This document shows positions 44,639-53,205 of a stretch of DNA of 53,205 nt, in pieces (the stretch's first letter is position 1; every line of letters begins with the position of its first letter). The notes beneath the pieces are model-generated. The model was not told where the DNA came from. It ran no database searches and was given only the letters and a program-made list of their open reading frames with translations. A program made the translations under genes and the position numbers. This DNA comes from a virus (taxonomy: Duplodnaviria > Caudoviricetes). The stretch is from positions 1 to 53,205 of the IMG/VR virus record IMGVR_UViG_3300032225_001888. One strand, given 5' to 3'.

Positions 44639-45049
44639 TCAGACGTACTTCTTAACGCCCACGGCGTTGATGCTGTAGGTGTGGGAGGAGGAGGAGGTGG
44701 TGCTGACCGCTTTGATCCACCGCTTGGCAGCGCCTTTGGGGAAGACGAGGAACTGCTTGGAGGCGGTGGTGCTGGCCTGCGCGAAGGCGACGGCGGCCGA
44801 TGCGACTTCCGCACCAGCGCGGAAGAAAGCGGTGGTGACGTCGGAGTAGGAGCCGCCAGAGGTGTCGGCGCTCTGGATTTTGACGTCGAGGGTGGAGGTG
44901 CCGCCGCTGGCAACATCCAGAATCACCACGATGTCGCCTTCGTAGTCGTTGAGGTCAACGGCGGTGCCGTCGAGGTTGGTGGTCCGCACAGCCGTGGGGG
45001 CCAGTGCGAAGTGCTGGAGTTTCTCCAGGCCGGTGGACAGGATGGACAT
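44639..45049 (-). CDS. Capsid decoration-like structural protein
   Basis: Beta-rich 136 aa: VDLNDY, LDVKIQSADT..YSDV, KRWIK. Confidence 0.65.
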   Translation of the reverse strand: MSILSTGLEKLQHFALAPTAVRTTNLDGTAVDLNDYEGDIVVILDVASGGTSTLDVKIQSADTSGGSYSDVTTAFFRAGAEVASAAVAFAQASTTASKQFLVFPKGAAKRWIKAVSTTSSSSHTYSINAVGVKKYV

Positions 45050-45105
45050 GGCTTAGCTCACAGGGTTTGCGTGGTACGAGGCTAGGCAGCGAGGGGGCTT
45101 AGCCC

Positions 45106-45339
45106 TTAGCTGGCGGGTTTGCGGACGGTGCGTACGGGTTTGGCCGGGGCGGCTTCCGGTTCGGGTTGGGGAGTCGTAGGCGGCGTGGGTTCGGCTTCGG
45201 GCGGCTGGGCCACTTCCGCCTTAGTGGCCTTGCCGATGCCGATTAGGAGGGTGGCGGTGTCGGCGGGAAGGTCGAGGGTGGAGCCGGCGTTAACCGGCTC
45301 TCCTGCGACCATCGTTTGCCTGAGCACTGTTACGAGCAT
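45106..45339 (-). CDS. Small head-associated protein
   Basis: G...AG...A..LI..GKA motif plus Pro-rich tail, right after the capsid gene. Confidence 0.7.
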   Translation of the reverse strand: MLVTVLRQTMVAGEPVNAGSTLDLPADTATLLIGIGKATKAEVAQPPEAEPTPPTTPQPEPEAAPAKPVRTVRKPAS

Positions 45340-45367
45340 GAGTCAGGGGCGATGGGACTGCTCAGGC

Positions 45368-48115
45368 TCAGGTGCCGTAGCAGAACGCACCAGGCTGTTT
45401 GACGGCCAGATCGACGTCCTGCAGAGCGATGATACGAACCGTACCAGCGGTGGCGCCGGCATAGGGGTCCACGGTCAGGTCGAGGCCAGACCACATGCCC
45501 ATGATCATCATGGAGAAGTCACCGAACAGAGCGTCGTTGCTCTGCAGTTGGTTGCTGACGATGGCGGGGTAGCCGTTGATTTCGTCGTTTTCGTAGACGA
45601 AACCGGCAGCGACGGCAGATGCCGACTTGGCGGTGAACTTGAGGGCGCCACGGGCAGATGCGTTGACGATGTAACGCATGGAGCCGGCGTCGGCGTTGGC
45701 CACGGCGACATCGGTTTCCATCCCGATGTACTCCTCAAAGGTGCCGTAGGTGGTGATGGTCTGGCTGCCGATGCCGGTGGTGTTGACCAGGCCGAGGGGC
45801 TGGTTGCTGCTGCCGGTGCCGTAGATGCCGACGCGATCTAGCTCCAGGGCAATGACGCGGGTGAGGTCGTTGCGGACCATCGCTTCGACGTCGATGCTGC
45901 TCTGCAGCAGCAGGCGGCGGGAGTAGTCAACGAAGGCGCCGATCGTTTTGGGGGTCATGTTGACCTGATCGATCGCCTGTTGCGATTCGGTGGGCGAGGC
46001 GTTTTCGCCGACCCAGTAGGCGGTGCTGGCCGAGGATTGCCGGGGGATGCTGATGTTGCCTTGGAGGCCGGTCAGCATGGTCACGCCAGCGTTGGCGAGG
46101 GCCAGGCGGTTGCGGAGCAGGTCGATGAAGGAGCCGCTCAGCAGTTGGTCGGCGACGAGGTTGCCGCCTGCGGAGGGCAGGCCAGCAGTCAGGTCACGGC
46201 GCAGCACCTCGTTGGGGACGACGATGCCGTTGCTGGAGCGTTCGTACTGCTTGGCGGCGGCGTTGCCGACTTCGATCTCAAAGTCGGCCGAGCGGCGGGC
46301 AGCGGCGTCGCCAGGATTGGCGAGGAAGTTGAGGGCGCGAACAAACGAGAACTGTTTGATTTCCTTGTCGCTGAGGCCGACGTCGTTGGAGGTCAGGTCA
46401 GCAGAGCGGGTAGTAGGCACGGCAGTAGCGCTGATTTTTTCAAGTACGGCGGCGCGGGCTTCATCGAGGCTGCGGTTGCCATCGATCAGTTCGCGGGCGA
46501 GGTCGGCGAGGCCATGGCGTTCGCCGAGGGCGGTGATTGAGGCAATCCGGGTGCGCTCAGCCTCAGCGGCCTTGGACCGGATCACCTCCAGATCAGGGGT
46601 GTTGTCCATCGATTCGGTGGGGGTAGATGCGGGGGTGACCGCTTGGCTTTGATCCCGCACAGCGGGGGATTCGTTCTCAATAGTAGGTGCTGGGGGTTGC
46701 ATAGGTTCGGTGAGTACGGGTAGGTTTTGTTGTTCGGCGGTAAGCAGGGAGCGGCCGATACCTACGGTGGGGTCGGCCGGAATTGAAACGACGCTAATTT
46801 CGTGCGGTGTCCATTTAGTGGCCACGAAGTCTTCGGCGCGTTGTTCCATTTTGTCGATGGAGTAGCCGAAGCTAATGCCCCTTAGGATCTCGTCTTTTAC
46901 GTCGGTTAGGACTTCGGTGGCGAAGGCGTTGCGGCTAAAGCGGACGCTTACGTGGCCGCGCTTGGTTTGTTCGTCAATCCAGGCGCGTTCCACCACACCT
47001 ACAACTTTGTCGGGGTTGTGGTTGAACAGGAGGGGAGCGCCACTGTTGAGGCGTGCCAGGTCGGCAGAATCGGCTTGGTGGCTAAGGACTTCGTTGCCGA
47101 AGTAACGGGCCACGGGGTACTCGGAGCTAAATGGGAAGGTGAATGAGCGGTCGGAGCTAGGGCTGAACGCCGTCACTTCGGTACGGGTGAGGTTGCTGAG
47201 TTCGGGGGTAGTTGGCATGGTCCTGTCTCCGGTGGCTTTCTCAAAAGCGATTGGCGTGTAGTCGTGGTCACTTAGCCACTTCCTGGCTTGCTCGGCGGTG
47301 TACTCGCTCAGGCGGAAGCGGATGGCTTGGAGGTCGGCGCCAGATTGGCCTGTTTTGATGCCGAAGATGAAGTCCACCCCCTTACCGGCGGCGTTGTTGC
47401 GGCGGCGGAAGGTGTCGTATTGGGAGGGATCGCGGAGGCGGGCGGCGTGTTCCTGGGGGAAGGGGCGGCCAGCTTCGGTTTCGGGGGATTCGGAGACGAG
47501 GCGTTCGGGGATGATCCAGAACTTGCACAGGCCGGCCGGATCGATGTCGCCTTCCACGATTTCGCAGGCGCGGGCACCCGCGTAGAAGGCACAGTTGGCG
47601 CAGACAAGGCCAGCTGAGGCGAATGGGCTATTGGGCATGTAGTGGGAGCCGTGGGCGCCGCTGCCCTGGTCGAAGGCGCCCAATTCGTCGGCCACCTCCT
47701 CGTAGGCTTCGTAGAGGGCGGCCTGGACAGCGGTGCTGTCGGCTGGCAGCTCCCGCAAGTCCGTGGGGGCAGGCGCCTGACGGTCGGATTCCTTAGCTGC
47801 TTCGTTGTCCATTTGCCTCACAATCGCATCACTCCATGTCTTACCGGGGTCGCCACCCCAGGCGGCCCAAGCGACGCGGCCGGGGGAGGGGTAGCCGTCT
47901 TCGCCGGGGCGGAAGCCGGTGGCACGCTTATCGACTTCGTGGCGAGCGAACCAGGCGCTCATTACACGTACCAGCGCTGGGCTGAGGGGGTCGCCGGAGA
48001 GGATCTGGGAGGCGCGGGTTGCGGCTACGTCGGTACCGCCGGCACGGCCCTCGCGTTTCCAGGCGCGGTAGCGCGTGGCTTCCGCCTGCATCGCCTCAGT
48101 GGGCTTTGTGTTCAT
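45368..48115 (-). CDS. Prohead protease-major capsid (HK97 fold) polyprotein with three extra N-terminal domains
   Basis: LLFNH, GISFGY and EISVVSIPAD protease motifs; GGNLV, WVGEN, GTGSSNQPLG and FGDFS capsid motifs. Confidence 0.92.
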   Translation of the reverse strand: MNTKPTEAMQAEATRYRAWKREGRAGGTDVAATRASQILSGDPLSPALVRVMSAWFARHEVDKRATGFRPGEDGYPSPGRVAWAAWGGDPGKTWSDAIVRQMDNEAAKESDRQAPAPTDLRELPADSTAVQAALYEAYEEVADELGAFDQGSGAHGSHYMPNSPFASAGLVCANCAFYAGARACEIVEGDIDPAGLCKFWIIPERLVSESPETEAGRPFPQEHAARLRDPSQYDTFRRRNNAAGKGVDFIFGIKTGQSGADLQAIRFRLSEYTAEQARKWLSDHDYTPIAFEKATGDRTMPTTPELSNLTRTEVTAFSPSSDRSFTFPFSSEYPVARYFGNEVLSHQADSADLARLNSGAPLLFNHNPDKVVGVVERAWIDEQTKRGHVSVRFSRNAFATEVLTDVKDEILRGISFGYSIDKMEQRAEDFVATKWTPHEISVVSIPADPTVGIGRSLLTAEQQNLPVLTEPMQPPAPTIENESPAVRDQSQAVTPASTPTESMDNTPDLEVIRSKAAEAERTRIASITALGERHGLADLARELIDGNRSLDEARAAVLEKISATAVPTTRSADLTSNDVGLSDKEIKQFSFVRALNFLANPGDAAARRSADFEIEVGNAAAKQYERSSNGIVVPNEVLRRDLTAGLPSAGGNLVADQLLSGSFIDLLRNRLALANAGVTMLTGLQGNISIPRQSSASTAYWVGENASPTESQQAIDQVNMTPKTIGAFVDYSRRLLLQSSIDVEAMVRNDLTRVIALELDRVGIYGTGSSNQPLGLVNTTGIGSQTITTYGTFEEYIGMETDVAVANADAGSMRYIVNASARGALKFTAKSASAVAAGFVYENDEINGYPAIVSNQLQSNDALFGDFSMMIMGMWSGLDLTVDPYAGATAGTVRIIALQDVDLAVKQPGAFCYGT

Positions 48116-49734
48116 TGATCCTCAGCGGATTGCTGTGCTTCGTCCATGTTGTCACGTTTGGGTTGTGATGCTTTGCGGCGGGTACGCCCCACGGGGGCGG
48201 TGTCTGTAGGTGGCGCCGTTTCGTTGGCTTGTGGGGGTGTGGGGGGCGTGCCAGCGGATAGGGCCATGGGGTCGATGATGTCGCGGTCGTAGACCACGCC
48301 GGCTTCGGCGGCGACCTGCTTTTCGCGTGCAGTTTCGGCTACGTTGGTGTCGTAATCGCCGCCGTTCATGGCGATGATTTGGGACTTTGTGATGTAGCCA
48401 GCTTGTTCGGCTTCTCGATAGGCTTTTACTTCTTTTAGGGGGTCAACCCAGGTCCAGCCGCGTGGTTGCCAGCGCGGGGAGTCGTAGCGCTCGGGCCGGA
48501 GTTCGTAGTCGGTAAAGGGCAGCTCGGATGCGAGGACGGCAAGGCTTAGCCATTCGCGGAAGACGCGGGAGACGAAGGCTTCGATTAGGTAGTCCTGAAT
48601 GACGCGCCAGTGCTCGCGGTCTTCGAGGGTGCTGGTGCGGGCGCTGGAATAGGAGGTGTCGGAGAAGTCGCGGCTGATGGTTTCATAGGAGCAGCCGAAG
48701 CCAGCGGCGAAGCGGCGCACTTTGTTGCGCACGAACATTTCAAACTGCTGGTCGGGGGCGTCGATGTTGGGTACGGTGACGTTCTCTCCGGGGCTTAGGT
48801 ACTTGAAGGTGCCGGGTTCAAACTCGCTGATGCGTTGGTTGTTTTCTACGGCGTCGGGGTGGAGTTCGCCGTCGTTGTTGGTGATGAAGCCCATGAGGGA
48901 CGCACCAGCGCGGGCGCGGACCACGGCGGCTTCCTCGTAGCCCTGCAGTTGGTGGGTGTCGGCCATGACGGGGTGGAACCATGGGACGCCCCTGTTCTGG
49001 CCGGGACGCTCGGGTAGGAAGATGTGGATGATGTCCTTGGCGGGCAGGAAGATGTGCTTTGTGGTGGCGGGGGCGGTGTTTTGGAACCAGGCATCGCCGG
49101 GGTGGCGGCTAAGGATTGCGTAGCGGAGGGGGCGGCCCCATTCGTCCACTTCGACGCCGTTGCGCCACTCGTTGCCTGCTGCGGAGACGGGACCGGCATA
49201 GGCTTCGTCAAGCTGATCGCTTTCGATCATCTGGAGGGCCATGGGGACTTTGGAGCCACCGAAGCTGCGACGGACGATGCGGAAGATGGCCTCGCCGGAT
49301 TCGGGGAGTGCGCCAGCGGTGAGCCAGAGGAATTGGTGGAAGTTGTAGCGGCCGGCTACGTCGCACGTACCACGCCGGCACCACAAGTCCCACTTGGCTT
49401 CGATGAGTTTGTTGATGCGCTCGTCGCGTTTGTTGCCGCGCAGCTGGAGGACTTGGCTCTGGAGTTGGATGCCGGGGCCGACGACGTTGATTTGGGTGGT
49501 GCGTTTGGCTTGTTTGGCGTAGGGATTGTTGCGGACGAGTTCGCGGGAGCGGTCGCGCAGTTTCGATAGGCTGGTGCGGATTTCGGCGTCGGCGCTGGCT
49601 TGGGTGGCGAGCCAGTCGGAGGTGAGGCGCGAGATCAGGGCGCCCTGGTATTGGCGGCGGGCCAGCGGCGGGGCGGCGGGGAGGGTGCGGGGCGCTAAGC
49701 CGATGGCACGTAGCAGGCGTGTGCGGATTCCCAT
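48112..49734 (-). CDS. Lambda-type portal protein
   Basis: LRDRSRELVRNN, NGVEVDEWGRP, RPGQNRG, SYSSAR and WVDPLKE. Confidence 0.93.
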   Translation of the reverse strand: MGIRTRLLRAIGLAPRTLPAAPPLARRQYQGALISRLTSDWLATQASADAEIRTSLSKLRDRSRELVRNNPYAKQAKRTTQINVVGPGIQLQSQVLQLRGNKRDERINKLIEAKWDLWCRRGTCDVAGRYNFHQFLWLTAGALPESGEAIFRIVRRSFGGSKVPMALQMIESDQLDEAYAGPVSAAGNEWRNGVEVDEWGRPLRYAILSRHPGDAWFQNTAPATTKHIFLPAKDIIHIFLPERPGQNRGVPWFHPVMADTHQLQGYEEAAVVRARAGASLMGFITNNDGELHPDAVENNQRISEFEPGTFKYLSPGENVTVPNIDAPDQQFEMFVRNKVRRFAAGFGCSYETISRDFSDTSYSSARTSTLEDREHWRVIQDYLIEAFVSRVFREWLSLAVLASELPFTDYELRPERYDSPRWQPRGWTWVDPLKEVKAYREAEQAGYITKSQIIAMNGGDYDTNVAETAREKQVAAEAGVVYDRDIIDPMALSAGTPPTPPQANETAPPTDTAPVGRTRRKASQPKRDNMDEAQQSAEDQ

Positions 49735-49737
49735 GGC

Positions 49738-50316
49738 TTAGTTGAAGCGTACGAACATGTTACGGGGGTTGCCTAAGCCGTTTGCTGATAGTTCAGCGGC
49801 TTGTTCCAACTTTACGTCGGCTTTGAGTTTGGCTTCAAGGGCGATTAGTTCGGCTAGGTCGTAGCGTTTGATGCTGCGTTGGCCGATGCGGTACTCCTTT
49901 ACGCTTCCGCCGTTAAGTAGGGTGCGGATTGCGAGTTGTACGGCTTCTAGGTCTTTTTGGGCTTGGCTGCGTCCGTCGTAGGCGGCGGCGTTTCCGGCGT
50001 AGGCAAGGGAGGCGCTGACGGTGATGCTGCCTCGGCCGAGTTCGGTTACGGAGGAGTCGCTAAGGGATGTGGCTAGGGCGCTGAAGTACCACGTACCGGC
50101 GTTCATGCCGGTGGATACGCCGGAGGTGAGGGTGGTACGCCAGGCGGAACCGGACGGCGTAGATGCTGCGGTTACGGCTTCAAATACTTCGTTGAAGCGT
50201 AAGTAGTAGGTAAGCGTGTGTGTGGTTGGTGCGATGGGGTTACCCAAGTTGTTGGTTGTGGGTAGGTCGTCCCATGTGACGGTCGTACCAGCCGTGATTG
50301 CGGAGGGAATGTTCAC
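49738..50316 (-). CDS. Head completion protein with gpW-like C-terminus
   Basis: EYRIGQRSIKRYDLAEL; between terminase and portal. Confidence 0.7.
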   Translation of the reverse strand: MNIPSAITAGTTVTWDDLPTTNNLGNPIAPTTHTLTYYLRFNEVFEAVTAASTPSGSAWRTTLTSGVSTGMNAGTWYFSALATSLSDSSVTELGRGSITVSASLAYAGNAAAYDGRSQAQKDLEAVQLAIRTLLNGGSVKEYRIGQRSIKRYDLAELIALEAKLKADVKLEQAAELSANGLGNPRNMFVRFN

Positions 50317-50357
50317 CGTCGTTGTAAGTGCTTTGGGCGTGTAGTAAGAGCCTAGCC

Positions 50358-50425
50358 GCTAGGCGGTAGGACGCTAAGCGGCTAGGCAGCTAGGCAGCGA
50401 GGGGGCGGGGGTGCGTAGGGGCTTA
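50358..50425. repeat. Degenerate octamer array
   Basis: gctaagcg gctaggca gctaggca gcgagggg gcgggggt gcgtaggg gctta, ending on the terL stop. Confidence 0.8.
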
Positions 50426-52297
50426 CCAGCGGTTGACGAAGTTGCGGCGGGCGGGGGTGGTGGGGGTAGGGGGTGTGGGTGCGACGGGGCTTAGGGGCGT
50501 GCCAGGGGTGGAGTGGGCGGCGCGTTCTAGTTGGTCCCAGATGGTGCGGCGGTCGTAGCGCTGATAGAGGCGGTGGAGGGCGGCGTAGGCGTAGTTGAGT
50601 TCGTCCAGGGCTTCGTTGCGGGATTGGCTTTTCTTTACCCAGATGCGTTCGGGGAAGCCGTTGCGGAAGCGAAGGATTTGTTTCTCGGCGGTCAGTTCTT
50701 CAAAGTATTCGGGGGTGACTGTGGGATAGAAGTGGAGGTAGCCGGGGCCGGGGTCGCTGTGCTTTAGGCGGCCGAAAAGGAGGGATTTTATGCCGTCTAC
50801 GCCTACGGGGAATAAGGAGGCGCCGCGTTTGAGGGCTTTGCCTTTGAAGTTGATGTCTACTTTGGTTGCTTTGCCTAAGGGGGGTTTGCCTTTTGTGTTG
50901 GCGCCTTTGATGGCGATTACGCCTAGGTGGGCGCGTTCGCGGGCGTATTGGTAGACCTCTTGGGTGTGGTGGCCGCCGGAGTCAATGGCGCAGCACAGCA
51001 CCTTGAGGGGCTCGTCGGCTTCGTTGGTGTAGGGCGTGGCCAGGATTTCGTCAAGTTGGGTCCAGACCTCAGAGCGACTGGGGCTGCCGTACAGCTTTAC
51101 GCGATCAATTAGCCAGCCTTCCTCGTCGCGGCCCCAGGCCCACACAGAGAGGCTTAGGTGGTCGTCCTGGGTGTCGCAGCCGATGGTTAGGGCTAGGGCG
51201 TCAGCTGGGGGCTTGTGCTGGGCGTAAGTCTCCTTACTGGCGCGTTCCAGCAGGAAGTCCGCACCAACCTTGGAGGCGTATTCGTCTTCCCATGTTTCGC
51301 CTAGGACGGTGTTGACGAATGTTTTTAGGGCTTCGGGGTTGGAGCGGGAGGCTAGGAATTCTTCGACGAGTTGGGGCCAGGAGGCGTTGGGGGAGTAGGA
51401 GTAGGCGGCCCAGATGTGGAAGCCGATGTGCTTGCCGTTGCCGGGGGCGGTGGCACGCCATTCGCCACGTTCCACCATCCATCGCTTTTTGGAGTGGGGG
51501 ACGAGGGTGGAGCAGCTTTCGCACTTGTAGGTGGCGGTGGCAGGATCGTTGTCGTGCCAGGTGATGTTTGGCCACCGTAGGTATTGGTAGTGGTTGCACT
51601 CGGGGCATGGCACGAAGTAGCGGCGTTGATCTGTCTCTAGGTAGAGGCGTTCTACGCGGCTGAAGTCCTTGACGGTGGGGGTGGAGCCGCTAACGATTTT
51701 GCGGTTCCAGTAGTATTCGGTTCGTCGGATACCGAGTTTGATTTGGTCGCCTTCCGGGCCAGCGGAGGTGGGGTAGCCGTCGATTTCGTCAAAGAGGACG
51801 ACACGGCGGCTTACGCGGCGGAAGCCTCGGGGTGAGTTGGCGCCGACCAGGCTGAGCGTGCCACCCGGAAACTGCTTTTGAAGGATGGTGTTGGCGCCGT
51901 CCTTGGCTTTGGCTTCGCTGACTAGGCCGCGCAGGCAGGGGGTGTCGCGCAGCATTGGCGCGATCTCCTCCTTGGAATGGCCCTGCGCGTCTTCAATGGT
52001 CGGCAGCACCACCATGATGGGTGCCGGATCTTGGTGGATATGGTACGCAACGCAATGGTTCAAGCATTTAGTGTAGCCAACACGCGCCGATTTCATTACG
52101 GTTACGTGTTCGATTTTGGGGTCGGTTAGGGCGTCGAGGATGCCCTTTTGGTAGGGGAGTGTTTTCCACGGACCAGCCTCGGCGCTGGATTCGGCACTAA
52201 GGAAGGCGTTTTCGTCGGCCCACTCGCTAAGGGTGATGTTGCGGAGGGGTTTGAACGCTAGGTAGGCGCTGGTTTTTAGGTCTAGGAGGGTGGGCAT
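50423..52297 (-). CDS. terL: Terminase large subunit, lambda GpA family
   Basis: KSARVGYT Walker A, FDEID, STPT, CPEC/CESC, DSGG and RNEALD. Confidence 0.96.
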   Translation of the reverse strand: MPTLLDLKTSAYLAFKPLRNITLSEWADENAFLSAESSAEAGPWKTLPYQKGILDALTDPKIEHVTVMKSARVGYTKCLNHCVAYHIHQDPAPIMVVLPTIEDAQGHSKEEIAPMLRDTPCLRGLVSEAKAKDGANTILQKQFPGGTLSLVGANSPRGFRRVSRRVVLFDEIDGYPTSAGPEGDQIKLGIRRTEYYWNRKIVSGSTPTVKDFSRVERLYLETDQRRYFVPCPECNHYQYLRWPNITWHDNDPATATYKCESCSTLVPHSKKRWMVERGEWRATAPGNGKHIGFHIWAAYSYSPNASWPQLVEEFLASRSNPEALKTFVNTVLGETWEDEYASKVGADFLLERASKETYAQHKPPADALALTIGCDTQDDHLSLSVWAWGRDEEGWLIDRVKLYGSPSRSEVWTQLDEILATPYTNEADEPLKVLCCAIDSGGHHTQEVYQYARERAHLGVIAIKGANTKGKPPLGKATKVDINFKGKALKRGASLFPVGVDGIKSLLFGRLKHSDPGPGYLHFYPTVTPEYFEELTAEKQILRFRNGFPERIWVKKSQSRNEALDELNYAYAALHRLYQRYDRRTIWDQLERAAHSTPGTPLSPVAPTPPTPTTPARRNFVNRW

Positions 52298-52337
52298 AAG
52301 TTTGCGTGGCAGCGTAGGAATGAGGTTGTTGGGGAGC

Positions 52338-52922
52338 TTAGCTTTCGTCGGGTGTGGGGGCCTCGCCACTTAGTTCTTCTAGGCACTCGCGCACGATGGA
52401 ATCAAGGATGCTTATGGCGTCTACGTCTAGGTCGGGGATTCGTTGCTTAGCTTTGGTGGGTATTCCCATGATTCGGGTACGGGCGCGTGTGATTATTTCG
52501 GTCCAGGTGGCTTCGACTTCGGCTGCGGATACGAGAGTTCCTTCTTTTTGGCGACGGTCTAGTTCAAGTAGCTCTGCTTTTAGGTATTCGGTGCGGGCGC
52601 GGCTTTCGTCGTAGTCGGGGATGCTTTCGGTGGTACGGCTAAGGCGCTCGGATCTGGCGGGTTGGGGGGCCATGCGTTCGGCAGCGGGGCGAAGGGGCGT
52701 ACCAGCGCTGCGGTTTTGTGGTGGCGGGTCAAGGCGCGGACCAACGCCGATGCGCCTTTGTGTGTTGCGGGACCACTCCTCACGCATTGTCGTGCTGTCT
52801 ACGCATACATCACCAACCGTATTGAGGACTGTGCCGAGGCGCCCTGCCTTGACCGCTGCGTAGACCGCTGCGCCCGTAACGCCTAAACAGCGTGCTGCTT
52901 CAGCTCGGGAAATAAGTGCCAT
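52338..52922 (-). CDS. terS: Terminase small subunit (Nu1-like)
   Basis: N-terminal HTH, ESRARxExLKAEL.EL..EGTLV; upstream of terL. Confidence 0.85.
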   Translation of the reverse strand: MALISRAEAARCLGVTGAAVYAAVKAGRLGTVLNTVGDVCVDSTTMREEWSRNTQRRIGVGPRLDPPPQNRSAGTPLRPAAERMAPQPARSERLSRTTESIPDYDESRARTEYLKAELLELDRRQKEGTLVSAAEVEATWTEIITRARTRIMGIPTKAKQRIPDLDVDAISILDSIVRECLEELSGEAPTPDES

Positions 52923-53082
52923 GTAGCGAGGTTAGCGCAATAAAACGATACTGTTTAGCCTAAGGCTTGACAATTTGTGGTATTATGTCCCGTTTTTGCC
53001 ATTTTCGGGGCTTAAGAGGCCGTATTGCTTTCTGTACTCAAAGTACTTTTTTTGGCTGTGCCTGGCCGAACGCTGCGATCTG

Positions 53083-53205
53083 AAACACCTCGCAAGCCTT
53101 TAGGCTGGAAGGACCCTAGGTTAATAATGTAGTAGCGTTGTATGCTGCCGAGCTGCCGAGCTGCCGAGCTGCCGAGCTGCCGAGCTGCCGAGCTGCCGAG
53201 CTGCC
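53083..53205. repeat. 123-bp terminal direct repeat, right copy
   Basis: Identical to 1-123. Confidence 0.95.

Noticed and set aside
37372-52886. Numerous plus-strand ORFs over the late genes, and similar shadow ORFs elsewhere
   Set aside because: Antisense shadows of GC-rich coding sequence with no recognisable motifs.
52967-52986. TTGACA ... TATTAT promoter on the plus strand
   Set aside because: Spacer is only 8 bp and no gene lies downstream; an extended -10 cannot be excluded.
1-53205. TAG/TAA stop-codon recoding suggested by abundant TAG/TAA words
   Set aside because: Core genes are full length in the standard code, TAG, TAA and TGA all terminate genes, and no suppressor tRNA is seen.

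Overview
The window appears to be a complete, circularly assembled ~53.1 kb genome (123-bp end overlap) of a lambda-like tailed siphophage, most likely infecting a picocyanobacterium (Cyanobium/Synechococcus type; inferred from ThyX type, cyanobacterial LexA-like boxes and small-protein families). Layout: (i) minus-strand early/host-takeover arm, 0.2-13.0 kb, with an Ocr-like protein, a two-domain beta-clamp homolog, an internally deleted cytosine methyltransferase, an adenylation-domain-only NAD ligase, an exonuclease and an SSB; (ii) plus-strand replication/nucleotide arm, 13.2-25.0 kb, with a primase-helicase carrying an internal iteron-like origin, PolA, two RNAP alpha-CTD-like proteins, an intein-split ThyX and a dNMP kinase; (iii) minus-strand late arm, 25.0-52.9 kb, with dCTP deaminase, C39 endolysin, holins, tail fibre, J/I/K/L/M, tape measure, frameshifted tail chaperones, tail tube, a protease-capsid polyprotein, lambda-type portal and GpA terminase. 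I recognised no integrase, repressor, tRNA or CRISPR. The most unusual signals are non-coding: degenerate 8-bp-period arrays at many gene ends, a strong TpA/CTWAG excess resembling CpA-to-TpA mutagenesis, and a 16-bp-period array of LexA-like boxes. All protein assignments come from motif recognition by eye, not database searches.
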